Positions 39,870-52,989 of a stretch of 64,000 nt of DNA are shown piece by piece. Origin of the DNA: Octopus sinensis (lineage: Eukaryota); assembly GCF_006345805.1 (NCBI RefSeq), contig NC_042997.1, positions 54,002,001 through 54,066,000 on the forward strand, read 5' to 3'. Made by a program: the position numbers and the translations under genes. The notes under the pieces are model-generated. The model had not been told where the DNA came from. It saw nothing but the letters and a program-made list of their open reading frames with translations, and did not search any database. Within the stretch, counting starts at the first letter, position 1. Each line of letters opens with the position of its first letter.

Positions 39870-40320
39870 GTATTCTTTTATTTGTTTCAGTCATTTGGCT
39901 GCAGCCATGCTGGAGCACCGCCTTGAAGGATTTTAGTCGAACAAATCGACCCCAGGACTTATTTTTTCAAGCCTAGTACTTATTCTATCGGTCTCTTTTG
40001 CCAAACTGCTAAATTACATGGAGTAAACACACCAACACTGATTGTCAAGCGATGATAGAAGAATACACACACACAACGGGCTTCTTTCAGTTTCCGACTA
40101 CCAAATCCACTCACAAGGCTTTGGTCGGGTTGAGACTATAGTAGAAGACACTTGCCCAAGGTGCCATGTGGTTGAAAAGCAAGCTTCATACCACACAGCC
40201 ACGCCTGTGCCAAGTGGTTAGGCACAGAAGTAGCTGTGTGGTACTTCTCAATCACATGGTCCGGGTTCAGTCCCACAGCATGGTACCTTGGGCAAATGTC
40301 TTCTACTATAGCCTCGGGCT
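39870..40320. mobile_element. Head-to-head pair of family C SINEs in the 752-bp intron that splits the bromodomain
   Basis: ctatagtagaagacacttgcccaaggtgcc (40136-40165) is mirrored by ggtaccttgggcaaatgtcttctactatag (40282-40311). Confidence 0.75.
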
Positions 40321-40524
40321 AAAACAATTATTTCACAATATTAGATATTAGTAGGATTAGAATTAATAGAATCATATCTGAATTTATGACTGATATATTT
40401 TTATCATACTCCTCTAGGAAAATCTAAGTTTTAAAAAACACATCACTTTATATGGTAATAAAGAAATGGAAAAGAATAGATTATTTGAAAGAAATTTCAA
40501 TTTAAGTGACTTGACAACACTAAC

Positions 40525-40653
40525 CTCATTTGGAGATACAGGCTCAGCAAAAATGTTTCCCACATCTTTCTCTTGAATTTGATCTAGTGCATGTCTTAAG
40601 AAAATAACAAAAGGCTGCAACTGCATTTCTGTGGCTAATTGATGTACTCTTAT
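40525..40653 (-). CDS. BRPF1: BRPF exon C (129 nt), bromodomain N-part: [43 protein letters not shown]
   Basis: Lies within ORF 40414..40683. Acceptor ttccag, donor GTTAGT, phase 0/0. NIFAEPV is the ZA-loop shelf motif. Confidence 0.94.
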
Positions 40654-40844
40654 CTGGAAAGGAAAATGTCTAAGGTGAAGCACCGGGTATGCTTTGTTTC
40701 AAATAATCATGCAACAAAAGAAAAAAAGGAAAATAAAAGGCATGAAAATGTACTATAACTAACAAAACACAACTACATTATAAAAATGGTGAAAAGATAA
40801 TAAAGAATTGTTTTCAAATAGTGTGTATGCATAATCTAGCAAAC

Positions 40845-41070
40845 AGATTTTGTTTAAAAAATTCCACATTTCTATTTTAATCATGTATATTCTGAATATA
40901 CACAAAATACAAATAATGAGACATCATCATCATCATTGTTTAACGTCTGCCTTCTGTGCTGGATGTTAAATAATGATGATGATGATAATAATGTCTCATT
41001 ATTTGTATGTTGTATATATTCAGAATATACATGATTAAAATAGAAATGTGGAATTTTTGAAGCAAAATCT
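40845..41070. repeat. Inverted duplication of unique intron DNA plus a SINE (ATC)n tail stub (~100-bp arms, ~16-nt loop)
   Basis: aaaattccacatttctattttaatcatgtatattctgaata is mirrored by tattcagaatatacatgattaaaatagaaatgtggaatttt. The inner ends are catcatcattgtttaacgtc and gatgttaaataatgatgatg. Confidence 0.85.
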
Positions 41071-42508
41071 ATATATTTCAATAATTTACTTTTTTAATAA
41101 TACAATATAGATATAATGATTTTATTCTATATTTTTTTCTAATGCAAAAGAAATAAGCACTAGAGCTCTGATGAAGCAATAATAAATGCTGAAACTAATC
41201 AGATCTCTTTTCCTGACCACACACACAAAATTCTATCAAAGAAAAACATAATTTCTACTTTTCATAGTAAGGTTAAAAGTTTACTCAAAACATATACTCA
41301 TAAGTTTACCTTACATTTCAGTTTGTACTAAAATGATTCAACAAATCTTAAAATCTCATAACTGTTCAGATTCTTTGATATTACCATCATAAGGTCATAC
41401 AGCTGTTTGCACTAATATTGACTAGCTCAATCGAAAATAAGAGTGGTGCCTATTCTTAAAGATATACTTCTAGTCACTAGGTTTGTAACAAAATTGTTGA
41501 GAAATCATTTAGTTAGTTGACCTGTACCTCAATTTATCTTACAATTGAAAGAAGAATTCTCAACTATTGTTTGTTCTTGCTTGAACAAGTTCTTGAGGTG
41601 CACATTAAAACATCCAGTAAATAGTATTATTTAACTCTGTTTTCAATGGCAGTGCATAGTACTAAACAATTTAATAATGCTAAGTTTGATTTACAAAACA
41701 ACCTACTTTTGATGCAGATTTGGTTGGGGTTCTCTCCACAACCACCAACTTTATAAAAGATGTTATCTAAAGTTACAACAATAAGAAACACTATACTAGG
41801 TTGAAAAGAATTTAACTAATCAACAAGTCTCAGTAAACAATAGTTGTAGGCTTCAGACTGTGCCAGCTAGCCATGTATTTGAATGGCTTCTGAGCATTTT
41901 GACTATTTTAGTGCATTTAAATTAAATGTCATCAAAGTATGTTTGTTATCCTGATGAATGTAAAGTGGTATTATATTTAGTTTAAGTCTGTTAATAAAAC
42001 CAAGTTTGATGGAGAAATGAAACAACTTCTGAAATCAAACATATGATACACAAGTATTATGGCATGTCGTTCAAACCAAACAAACAGAAAACAAAACTGA
42101 TAAAAATAGTTGTATTAGTGGTGATGATCTATTGCCCGATATACCAAGCCAGAAATACTTAAGCCACTTTAAAAATAATTTATACATTTTATTCACAATA
42201 GTGTCTATATCCCTCAATATGCCCAGTAATCATGTATGAGTTGAAATTATTTTGTCATATCATAATTCACATACTCTTCATTGCTGCATATGCAGAGCCC
42301 TCCTACACATATTATTAAATAGGTATTACAACTTCAACAACAGCAACAAAACCTAAGTGCATAATCTTAACCTACTACAAACATCAGCAAAACATTGTTA
42401 GTCCTTATAAGTAAAGTAGAAAACACCTCTTAAGAAAACAATACAAAAACCTAATTAGTGAGCTATTTTTCAGATTGCAATGCTTATGCAATGTAAAATA
42501 AACACATC

Positions 42509-42704
42509 TATGAGTGGGTGCTGAAAAATACCTGGCTTTAACGATATTGTAAAAGGCCTCGATTTAAAGAACTCAGAAAAACTGAAGGACTGCTGCAATA
42601 AGCGTGTGAATCTGAGAAGGGAATATATTGAATAAAATCATAATTGACTCATCCTCCTGTATTTTCATTTACCCAAAGCCAGGAACTTTTCAGCACCTCT
42701 CATA
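42509..42704. mobile_element. Mariner-type MITE with TA target duplication
   Basis: TIRs tatgagtgggtgctgaaaaatacctggcttt and aaagccaggaacttttcagcacctctcata. Related to the TIR at 9653. Confidence 0.7.
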
Positions 42705-43928
42705 AAATCTACAATAATGTACTACAAGAACCCATCTTCTCACTCAAAATTTTTAACCTTCATGACCTTTCCACACTTCTACTAAACATACACCCACAAC
42801 CTCTTATGCAGATGACATGATAGTGACGCGTCTCTGTCCATTCCCCAAACAGTACCATAACTATCTGGAATCATCCAGAATCCTGTTTGCAAATGAAGAG
42901 ATAAAGTACTACCTACCAAATCTAATATGAAAGTTCATTAGATACAACCAATTATCAGCATCACAAATCTCTCATCATGATGCCACGGATTGGTTCTGAT
43001 GGTTATTTGATACTACATCCAGCTCATCCTCTCTCTCATCAAACATGTAACAGTCATTAGTATTTCCCTTGCCACCTCAACTACTAACCACCACACTTCT
43101 TCCCTTACAGATCACTCCTTTACTTTCTTACCATCCATTACTCTCCTACCACTGCCATCTCATCATTCATCATTGATGCTCTACCTTTCCACTTAATACC
43201 GTTCTTCTATACTGTTAGCTGCTACTCCCCTCTCCAGCAGGTCACACATTATTGACATCTATCACATTCTAAAAACTGACCATTTCTACAATTAGCCATT
43301 GCTTTGCTCTCTACAACCACTGTCTCTCTCATTTCTCCCTGTCATCACTATCCATCTCTGTACCATAACTCCTTTTATTTCCATTTCTCCTTCCTTCCAC
43401 ATTGTCAGCCCAATTTATTTCTCCCAAATATACACTTGCTTCATTCTCCCATCTTTGTGCACATTCTACAGCCACCCTTTACTAACTGCTCTAATGTCAC
43501 CCTGATTGAATGGAGACAACTGCACGGGAGATGAAAATTCCTTTTGTTGTGAATGATAAAAGGTACTTTCACGAGCGCTGATACTATGATAAAAAGCACC
43601 CAATACTCTGCAAAATGATGGGTGAATGAATGGAGACAACATATTGCCAAGATGATCTTTTTAATCTCTTCTGTTAAAGAGACAACTGTTCTAGTGCTAG
43701 TGCCCCAATAAAAAGTATCCATATTCTCTGTACAGTGATGTTATTGAAGAACATTTGGTCATAGAAACCACGCCAAATAAAACATACAAGCAAGATGTGA
43801 CTCCTGGTACATTTAGAAAGGTAGTAACACTAAATAAAAACCAACTCAGACTATGACAACCTGTCCAACCCATGTCAGTCAGGAAAGTAGATGTAAAACA
43901 ATAATAACGATACATGGGAAATTATAAT

Positions 43929-44318
43929 TTAACCCTTTACATCTGGCCCAGATATTATGCCGTTTGCCAGACTCGTCTGGCACGTAAAAAGCACCCACTA
44001 CACTCATGGAGTGGTTGGCGTTAGGAAGGGCATCCAGCCGTAGAAACATTGCCAGATCAGACTGGGCCTGGTGCAGCCTTCTGGCTTCCCAGACCCCAGT
44101 TAAACCGTCCAACCCATGCTAGCATGGAAAGCGGACGCTAAACGATGATATGTTCAAACTGGTAAGATCTGGCTTTTCACACCTACCCTACAATGTCATT
44201 CTAAAGAATAACCAATCACATCATTAAAATCTCAAAGCTATGAGATGACACATAATTTGAAATAATGTGAATAAAACTGCATTATATTTGACAGAGTTAT
44301 CTGAATGCTGAAGGGTTG
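43929..44318. mobile_element. Second copy of the piggyBac-type MITE, interrupted by a SINE
   Basis: Starts ttaacccttt. After the SINE the body (caatcacatcatt.aaa.ctcaaagcta) matches 50826-51053. Right end gaagggttg is degenerate. Confidence 0.6.
43957..44149 (+). mobile_element. Family A copy inserted into a piggyBac-type MITE
   Basis: Core plus gacgctaaacgatgat tail. Other plus copies lie at about 38135-38285 and 38440-38660. Confidence 0.85.
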
Positions 44319-44824
44319 CAGCATTTACACAGGTACCTCATTTTACCAACACAAATACCAACATTCGTGAACAAACAATATATTAAATTTATCATGAACC
44401 ATGTCAATTATGTCTAGGCACACTCCTCTATTCCTTGAAGAGCAATAACTGTTGAGAGAAAAACTAAAACCTGTGAGAGGAATATTTTCCTGAATTATGA
44501 AACAGTGGTTTAGAACAAAGTAAGCTGAAAATACCAAATCACAGAATAAAAGATGCAATGGGTTGTCTCATAAAAATGACTTTCTGGTGCACATTCAGCA
44601 AGACTGCACCTTGCCAGATGAGATGCTTTCCAATAAAAAAATTCATTGTACTTTCCCACCAAACCCATCAGAATGGTGTATTGTGAATAACATTGTTACA
44701 ACTGATGTAGAAATTTGCAATACTAAAAAGAAAAATTTTCTTAAAAAGCTTAGAAAACTATCATCTGCTTCACATTTTACTTTTAAAATGTTTTCTGAAT
44801 TCGAGCAATAGTAAAATTCCAAAC

Positions 44825-44956
44825 CTGTTCTCTTTTCAGCTTTTCTCGTTTCCTAATGAGTTCCACCAGCAGACGAGCTTTTTCAAGATCCTGCCGAAGC
44901 CTCTGCCAATATTTCAGTTGTGCTCGTAAAGCATTGCTTTGCTTATCATTCTTTGT
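44825..44956 (-). CDS. BRPF1: BRPF exon B (132 nt): [44 protein letters not shown]
   Basis: Lies within ORF 44783..44992. Acceptor ttgcag, donor GTTTGG, phase 0/0. Conserved EPC-II-like helix. Confidence 0.93.
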
Positions 44957-47647
44957 CTGCAACAAAAATTGAATAAAATCAATAAAAATCAAGACTCAAA
45001 AAAATCAACTTAGTATATTAAAATGATCTGAAACCTACTTAGTAAATAATCATTATGATATTGTGTTTTTATCTAAAAAGCAAAATATTTAAATTTTGCT
45101 ATAGTAATAAAGAGCAATCAGAAAATTTTAGAAGAATACAATATTCAAGTGACAATCAAAGAGTCAAATTTAGGAACTTGAATACACACAAAAGGAAATC
45201 TAATGTGTTAAAAAAAAAAAAGCTAAGCCATAAACTATAACGCCATAAATATGTTTCCTATCCACTAAGGGACTGTTAGGGGATAATGCTAAGATTTAGC
45301 ACCGTGGTAAGTAAATGAAAGATAATTTCAACATGGAGAGGATGTTACCTAAAGTTATCTCAGGTAATATTTCCAAACAATCAGTTACTTATTCCTTGGC
45401 AGCTACGTGGACTGACACTCAGATAATTAAGTATAGTGCTCAAATACACTGAAAAATGCTTGTCATGTATATGAACTCCTTAGAAATGTAACCATAACCA
45501 CACAGCTATTTTACTTGTACACAATGATGTCTTAAGGAGGAATTCTTAGCTCATAAAGAAATCAGAAAAAATAACAAGAAAATTCAAATTAGAAATATCA
45601 TCCTAAGAGTTATCTCAATTCAATTGTTGCTGTAACATTACATAACATATCAAGATTTTTTTTTTTTACACAGATATCTTTCAGGGCAATGCGCACTAAA
45701 ACTTTTAATTACTCTAGTTTGATGAGCAGTTGGCACTAACCTTTAAAATGCTTGTAGTCTTAATAGATGGATTACATTTAAAAATAAATGTCTATTTTCT
45801 CTTAGAAGTTTATTTATAATAAATCTCTTCAAACCCACATTAATTTATAATTTGTACATCAAGAAAATCACTTCATTCAAAAATATAAATTACTGGAAAA
45901 ATATTAAATATAAATGAAAAAGATTGAATTAAGCTTTGCTTTATTGCTTAAGAGAAAATTCAATAATAAATCATTTGCAACAGAACATTAAAAACAATGT
46001 TGAAGTAGAAAAAACATGGAAACTGAAGAAATATGGGACCTAAAGGGAACTTTTCTTACAATTATAACAGATGGTTTTATTGACCACAGACAGACTAGTG
46101 TCAAGGATAACTGTAGTTTATTTAGAAACAGCCTCTTGCAAGCTTTGATAAAGGTTGAGGATGGCCTAACAGTTTCTTTAAACATATGTGATGCAGAATG
46201 CTGAAGCAAGTCAAGCAGTTAATAAGAAAGAAGGAAAATGGGAGAATTAAAAGGAAAGAAAGCCATCATGGCACAGAAATACTAAAACGCAAAATGGAAG
46301 GCTAAAAACAGGTATTCCTAGGAAGAATAATGACACAGTTAAGAAGTATTCTAAAACTGTAAAGGGGACGAAAATAAGGTATAAATAATTAGACTAGAAA
46401 AAAACAGATGGTAAAAGCAAATGAAAACACCACAGGAGAAATTTCTATGTGTAAACATACATAGAGACATACTAACAATAGGAAAGTGATCCATTTAAGG
46501 GTTCAAGAAAATTATTAATTAGATGTATTAAAAAAACTAAGGGGAGTCAACAGAGAGCCAGACAAATACTGTTAGTGTACCAGTATTCATTCAAGCTCTT
46601 TCTGTTCCGAGTTCAAATCTTGCCACAGTCAACTTTGCCTTTCATCATTCCAGAATCAATAATGTAAAGAACCAATCAGGAACTGGTGTAAATTCATTTC
46701 TTGGTATTGGCTGCACTGTACTGTGAGAACATGGTAGACCACTCACAGTATTCCATTTCTCCAAGATGGCCACTTCCATCTTGTCACAGGAAGAATGTGG
46801 CCACCAAAGTTCCTGACAGGGAACAGCACATGATCATGATGATGGCGGTGATGTATGTAACAGGCAGTGAGTAGATGCAGGGAAGATTAAAAAACTAGAG
46901 TGCTACTTTCAAGTGGAAATAACCTAAGAACATAACACTTTTGCAACTATATTTCTGGATAGAGTTACTATGAGCTTCAACTGATTTTAAATATAATTAA
47001 GTCTTTCTTGGGGTTTAACAAAATATCTATAACTTTGCTAATTTGTATATGGCATGTTGGTCTCGACCAACTGAAATCTTACAATATCATTCAATCTAAA
47101 TGGTCACTTTAATACAAGCTCTCTCAGGTGAATATTAAAAATTCTTGAAATAACAATTTTAAAATTAAGAGATATAATGAGCAGGCACTACTATAGAAGT
47201 AGTTTGAATAGAAAGGTCTCAAATAGATGAGGGGAAAACTACTGCCATAAAACTTGCTCAAAAAATTGCCATCACTGTTAACAGTTGCTTTAAAAACATG
47301 TTACAATAAAAAACTGAAGTGATGTTATTAAGACAGAAAGAAACCAAAGATACTATTAACTAGTTGTGGTAACAGTTTAGAATGATACGAATCATGCACA
47401 TATAGTTATGGGTAACTTTAATAAATACACCAGAAAAAAATTACCTTCATAAAAGGAGGAAGAGGAGGAGTCTCTTTTTTTCTTTAGATAGCAAAAGATG
47501 GACTGTTTTACACACATGCCAAAACACATAAGAGAAGAAAAACATTTCATAACATTCAAATATCTCCAATAAATTCCAGATAAACCACCGACAGCCAGAT
47601 ATATCTCTGCAAACAATCACTCTTTACTTGAATGGGCTATGCTGCCA

Positions 47648-47860
47648 AGGCAGCGAGCTGGCAGAAACGTTAGCACGCTGGGCGAAATGCTTAGTGGTAT
47701 TCTGTCTGTCTTTACATTCTGAGTTCAAATTCTGCCGAGGTCAATTTTGCCTTTCAAGATTGATAAAAATAAGTACCAGTTGAACACTGGGGTTGATGTA
47801 ATAATCTTACCCCACCCTCAAAATTGCTGGTCTTGTGCCAAAATTTGAAACCAATATATG
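47648..47860 (+). mobile_element. tRNA-derived SINE (family B variant)
   Basis: aggcagcgagctggcagaaacgttagcacg...gagttcaaattc. Further diverged copies lie at about 19040-19180(-), 54245-54420(-), 56187-56400(+) and 57390-57590(+). Confidence 0.75.
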
Positions 47861-48039
47861 TAGGTATGTATGTATGTAAATATATATATATATATATATT
47901 ACACACGTAAATGCTGAAAATGTGCAGAAAATAGACTCCATCAACTGCTGGGGGCAGGCAAGCTAGAGGTAGTAGATAGCTTCTGTTATCTAGGTCACCA
48001 AGTTAGTAGTGGAGGTGGATGCTCCAAGAGCATAACTGT

Positions 48040-49342
48040 GAGAATAAGATTAGGCTGGGCAAAGTTTTGAGAGCTCCTACCCCTGCTGGCAACAAAGGAC
48101 CTATCTCTCGGAGTGAAAGGTTGATTGTATGATGCCTGTGTGTAAACAGCTATGCTACATGGCAGTGAAATGATGGGCTGTGACAGCCAAGGACATGCAC
48201 AGACTTGAAAGAAATGAAGTCAGTATACTTTACTGGATGTGCAATGTTAGTGTGCATGTTTGACAGAGTGTAAGCATCTTTTTTTCAATTTCAATTCAAT
48301 TCAATTTTTATTGGCTCAAAAAGCAAAAGCAAGGCCATGTAGGGGGACAGGGAGATATGTACAGGGAGAGTAGTCATACAGAGTTCAGGCCATTTCTGGT
48401 CAAGAGAGACTTTGAATCGAGCAGTCGTCGGCATCTTCACTATCTCGTCCAGCAGCTTATTTCACAGATCCGCAACTTAGATGGAGAAAGACCCTCTCCT
48501 TCAATTGAGATGAAATTGTCATAGATAGAGCTTTTCGGAGTGACCCCACAGCCCACGCTCTAGAGCAGGAGTGAAGAACAGCTATTTGGAGAGGTTACAC
48601 TTTCCACTTATGATGTTGTGAGCAAGAATGAGATCACTTTCTTGAGAGAAAGTTAGGCATAAGTGGCATCAGATGTGGTGTGCAAGAGAGTTGACTGCAC
48701 TGGTATGGTCATGTAATGCATATGGACAAAGACAGCTGTGTAAAGAAGTGCCAATCTCTAACTGTGGAAGGAACCTGTGGTAGAGGCAGACCCAGGAAGA
48801 CATGGGACAAGGTGGTGAAGCATGATCTCCAAACGTTAAAACTCGCAGAAGCAATGACTAGTGGCAATATGCTGTGCTTGAAAAAGAGCTGTCAAACAAG
48901 TGAAATTGAAGTTGTGACTGATGCTGGTGTCATGTAACTGGCACCTGTACCAGTGGCATGTAAAGAGCCCTTTCGAGTGTTGTACCTCACAGAGGTGAGT
49001 TCCTTTCAAGCATTGGTCCTCATGGAGGCAAAGTGGCAGAGTTCCTTTTGAGTACTGGGCCTCACAGAGGCAATGACCAAGACCTTTGGCATTATATTGT
49101 GCTTGAGAAGAAGACCCATCAAGCCATGCAAAATTACAGTTGTGGCAGATACCAGTGCCGTGCTTGTGGCATGCAAAAGTACCCATTACACTCACGGAGT
49201 GGTTGGCATTAGAAAGGGCATCCAACCATAGACACCATGCTAAATCAGATGAGTCTGGTGCAGCCTTCCAGCTTGCCAGCCTGGTCAAACCATACAACCC
49301 ATGCCAGTATGGACAACAGACGTTAAATAATGATGATGATGA
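48040..49342 (+). mobile_element. RTE LINE 3' fragment ending in an (ATG)n tail, interrupted by a CR1 insertion
   Basis: Degenerate RLGWAKF.ELLPLL...KGRLYDACV and CGRGRPRKTWDKVVKHD (ORF 48716..48937). Its 3' UTR is shared with the RTE-tailed SINEs. Confidence 0.75.
48281..48639 (-). mobile_element. CR1-clade LINE 3' fragment with (TTGAA)n tail nested in the RTE copy
   Basis: Minus strand translates RGL.GHSEKLY and KLLDEIVKMPTTARFKVSLDQKWPEL. The RTE sequence resumes at tcttgagagaaag, with a possible short tctt TSD. Confidence 0.7.
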
Positions 49343-49380
49343 TATGTGTGTATATGCATGCATATATGTGTGTGTATGCA

Positions 49381-49447
<67 letters not shown>

Positions 49448-49465
49448 TGTATGCATGCATATATA

Positions 49466-49497
<32 letters not shown>

Positions 49498-50825
49498 TGT
49501 GTGTGTGTAATAAATAAAATGGGGGGAAATAGAAATAGAACTGAAAAAAAAAATCTGAATGCTTTCCAATAAAATTAGAACCAGTAAAATAAATACAACT
49601 AAAAACACTTCAATATAATGTCTAAGCATGCTCACAGTTTAAATACTTATTTAGAAAGGAATTAAATTATTGTGTGTAAGTGTGGGCAAGCATAGATAGA
49701 TAGATAAGACCTCTGCTTCACAACTAGATGGTTGGAAGTCCAATCTTACAGCAGGGGACCTCAAATAAGTTTCTTGTACAGTTGCCTTGTGAGTGAAAGC
49801 TAGTAGGAAAGTGAGGAAATTATGTGTGTGTCTGTCCACGTCCATGTATGTACATAAATACATACAGACACACACACAGATATGGACAGACACACACACA
49901 CACAGATATGTATGCTTTTGTTTAGTGAGGTAACAAGTTACAACCTTTTATGCTTAAGCAGAGACATTAACGTAATGGTATTGGAGTCAATATTATCAAC
50001 AAAAGCCCTTGGAAGCAGAATCCCAGTACAACAGAACTGAAATTACTATAATCAGTAAAAGGAATGGAGACATGAGATCCACAAAATGAGAAGTAGAATA
50101 TCACTTCATCTGTTACTTATGTTTTTAATTATGTCACAACTTAAATTTTATTTTGATTTCAGAGATGTATCAAAACAAATTTCAAAGAAACATTAAGGAA
50201 AGAAAACAAAACAGTATTGGAGACTGTTGACAGGTATGCTAGTGACCTCATAAATATTGTAATATATAAAATCTTGCATCTGTTTATATGGCGGGAAGGG
50301 GAGGACAAGAACAGAAAAACAGGAAAGATGAAAGGTTAAAAAAGATATGGACTATGAGGGGCAGCCAGAGTGAGTGAACAACATAGAGAAAGAAGACAAA
50401 GGAGGAAACACCAAATCACATGCTGCTGGTGGGAGAGAAGATAGCAAAGAATAATCTAACTGACAGAATGAGAACAGATGTTGCTACTGTTAGAAAAAGA
50501 GAAACAAAAATGCTGAAGTGATAAATGAGAAACATAAAAGTTGGGAGCAATGAACCATACACACTGTACATAGTGACCAATTAGAAAGTATAATACATTT
50601 CATGTGACCAACACACAAAAGAAAACATTTCTTTTGAATGTTTTTTTTTTTATTACTGATGATGAGATAATGAATAATGAAATAATACAATACACATAAA
50701 CTTTCGATGGACTAATAAAACAATCAAACTATATAATACTGACAATGTAAAAGTGCAAGTTTAGAACATAAAGACTATGTTCTAGAGCTAAGATGCTCTT
50801 GACTCTAAGCTTTAATATATACAGT

Positions 50826-51053
50826 TTAACCCTTTAGTGTTTAAACTGGCCAAATCCGGCCCAATATATTTACATATTTTATATTCAAACTGGCCATATC
50901 TAGCCTCTCACACCAAACCTACATTGCCAGTCTAAAAATAAACAATCACATCATTGAAACCTCAAAGCTATAAGGTAATGCATGATTAATTCAAAACAAT
51001 TTAAATAAAAAAGCATTACATTTAACAGAGTAATCTGAACACTAAAGGGTTAA
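50826..51053. mobile_element. piggyBac-type MITE with TTAA TSD
   Basis: TTAA-ccctttagtgtt ... aacactaaaggg-TTAA. Confidence 0.8.
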
Positions 51054-52989
51054 AGACATCTCTACCCAGCAAAATTGTATGTCATCTTAATTCTATCATC
51101 CTATAGTTAGTAGCACCTTAAAATTAACTGCCATATAAATTATAAAAAAAATTTCCTAATTAAAGTTTACCTTATAAAATACCATAAGTACATTTTAAAA
51201 TAATTAATGCTTACAGCATTTGATGTAAACTTTCGTTATAAATAATAGAAGAAGACAAAATTTGTTGATGGCAACTACAACTGTCATCTTTCTGAGGGGC
51301 AATAAAACACATACCAATCAAATACTAGTATCTAATTAATTGATAATACTCGGCTCTAAAATGTGTGGCCTTGTGACAGTGATAGAAACATTTTATTAAT
51401 AAGTATTCTCTGAAAAAACTCATTTCAGATAACCTTTCTATACAGATTCAAAGATTTTTTGATGAATAACTGTTACATTACACTGTTCATTGAAATTTAC
51501 TATGATGAAATAAAATCAAGTCGGCTTCAACAACTAGGCAGACTTTTACAAAGGCATTTTTACTTGACTGGGGCCACTTAAATGTTCTACTTGTGATTCA
51601 AAGGTATCAAGTTAATATTCATTGTAATTAATACAATCTATGAAGCTCAGACTGAATAAAGCTTTTTCTTTTTATTTCTGAGAAGCCAAAAGGCAGAAAT
51701 ATATCCCAAAATACAGTGGAAGATGAACAGATTCGAAATTATTGCTGTAACAAATATCTGAAGATCTTCTGATAAACAAGATAGGTTTTGATATTCTAAA
51801 CGGAATGATCTAATACATCCAATAAAGGCTAAGACAGTGGCACACCCATCAAATATAGAGGATGTAATAGAGATTATAATGAACAGCAAATGACAAGAAT
51901 GAAAGAAAAATTTTAATGGAAGTATATTTGATTCACGCGAGAAGTAGATACTTTAGGAAAACCACAAAAGGAAGCTGAAGATTGCAAACTTCCTTTTTGT
52001 GACAATTACTTCTGCAGATAAAAAGAAAAAAAAAAAAAAACACCTTCCCAGATAAATGATCTTGGGTGTAAAAAAGAGATTTCTGTCATTATCTATCAAA
52101 AGAACAGGAAGCATACTTCTAAATAAACAACCAGTATAAATAGACAAGATTACTGAAGCAAGAAAATTTTCTTGCCAGAATCTGGTAAAATATCAAGAAC
52201 AAATCTTAAAAAATCAAACTCAAATGGTTTTGAAGCATCTCTAGACAGCTCCAGTGAGGCAGAGTCTTTCAGTGATGTGGTGATATAAGTTAAGTTAAAG
52301 AAACATCCATAGCTACAACTAAGCAATAGCTAGCATTAACTGAGATCTCAAGTAAAGGTTATCATTTAACATGTAGTGTAAGTAATAAATGATATCATAA
52401 ACCTACACTATCTTCATACAGTTTAGACAAAAATCTACACCAATTCCTATTACAATGTTATCAGACATGTACTTGATAAGGAGAAAGTACTATAATTCAA
52501 AATATGTGGTTGATAAATACTTTAGTGTCAAGAAAGATTAAAATGAAAGTATTCTAAAAGATTTTTGCAAAACAAACTAAAAATGATATGTCATACCTAA
52601 AGCAAAAGAATTTGCATTGTATGCTAAAATATTTGGGGATTAAAATAATCTTATTCCATGTGCCAAAGCACATAGGCAAAAATCTGCCAGCTCTTTCAAA
52701 TGTTATGCGTCTATATCAGATTATATCGCCATTCCAAACTCATCATAGCTGGTATTTAAAAAGTTATTCTACTATAACCATAACCCCAAGTAGAGACAGA
52801 CAGATTTGGCTAGAGAACCAAAATTCAATGGCAAATTTGCTAATATATCAATACTGTACAAGATTCCTGATTATTGTTAAGAAATTTCAGTTTTCTTATA
52901 TCATGCAGCAGCATCAAAGGCTAACAGATTTTTTTTGATTTTTTTTTTTAAAGATAAATTTTCTTAGCATGTACCTTCATTTTCTAATT

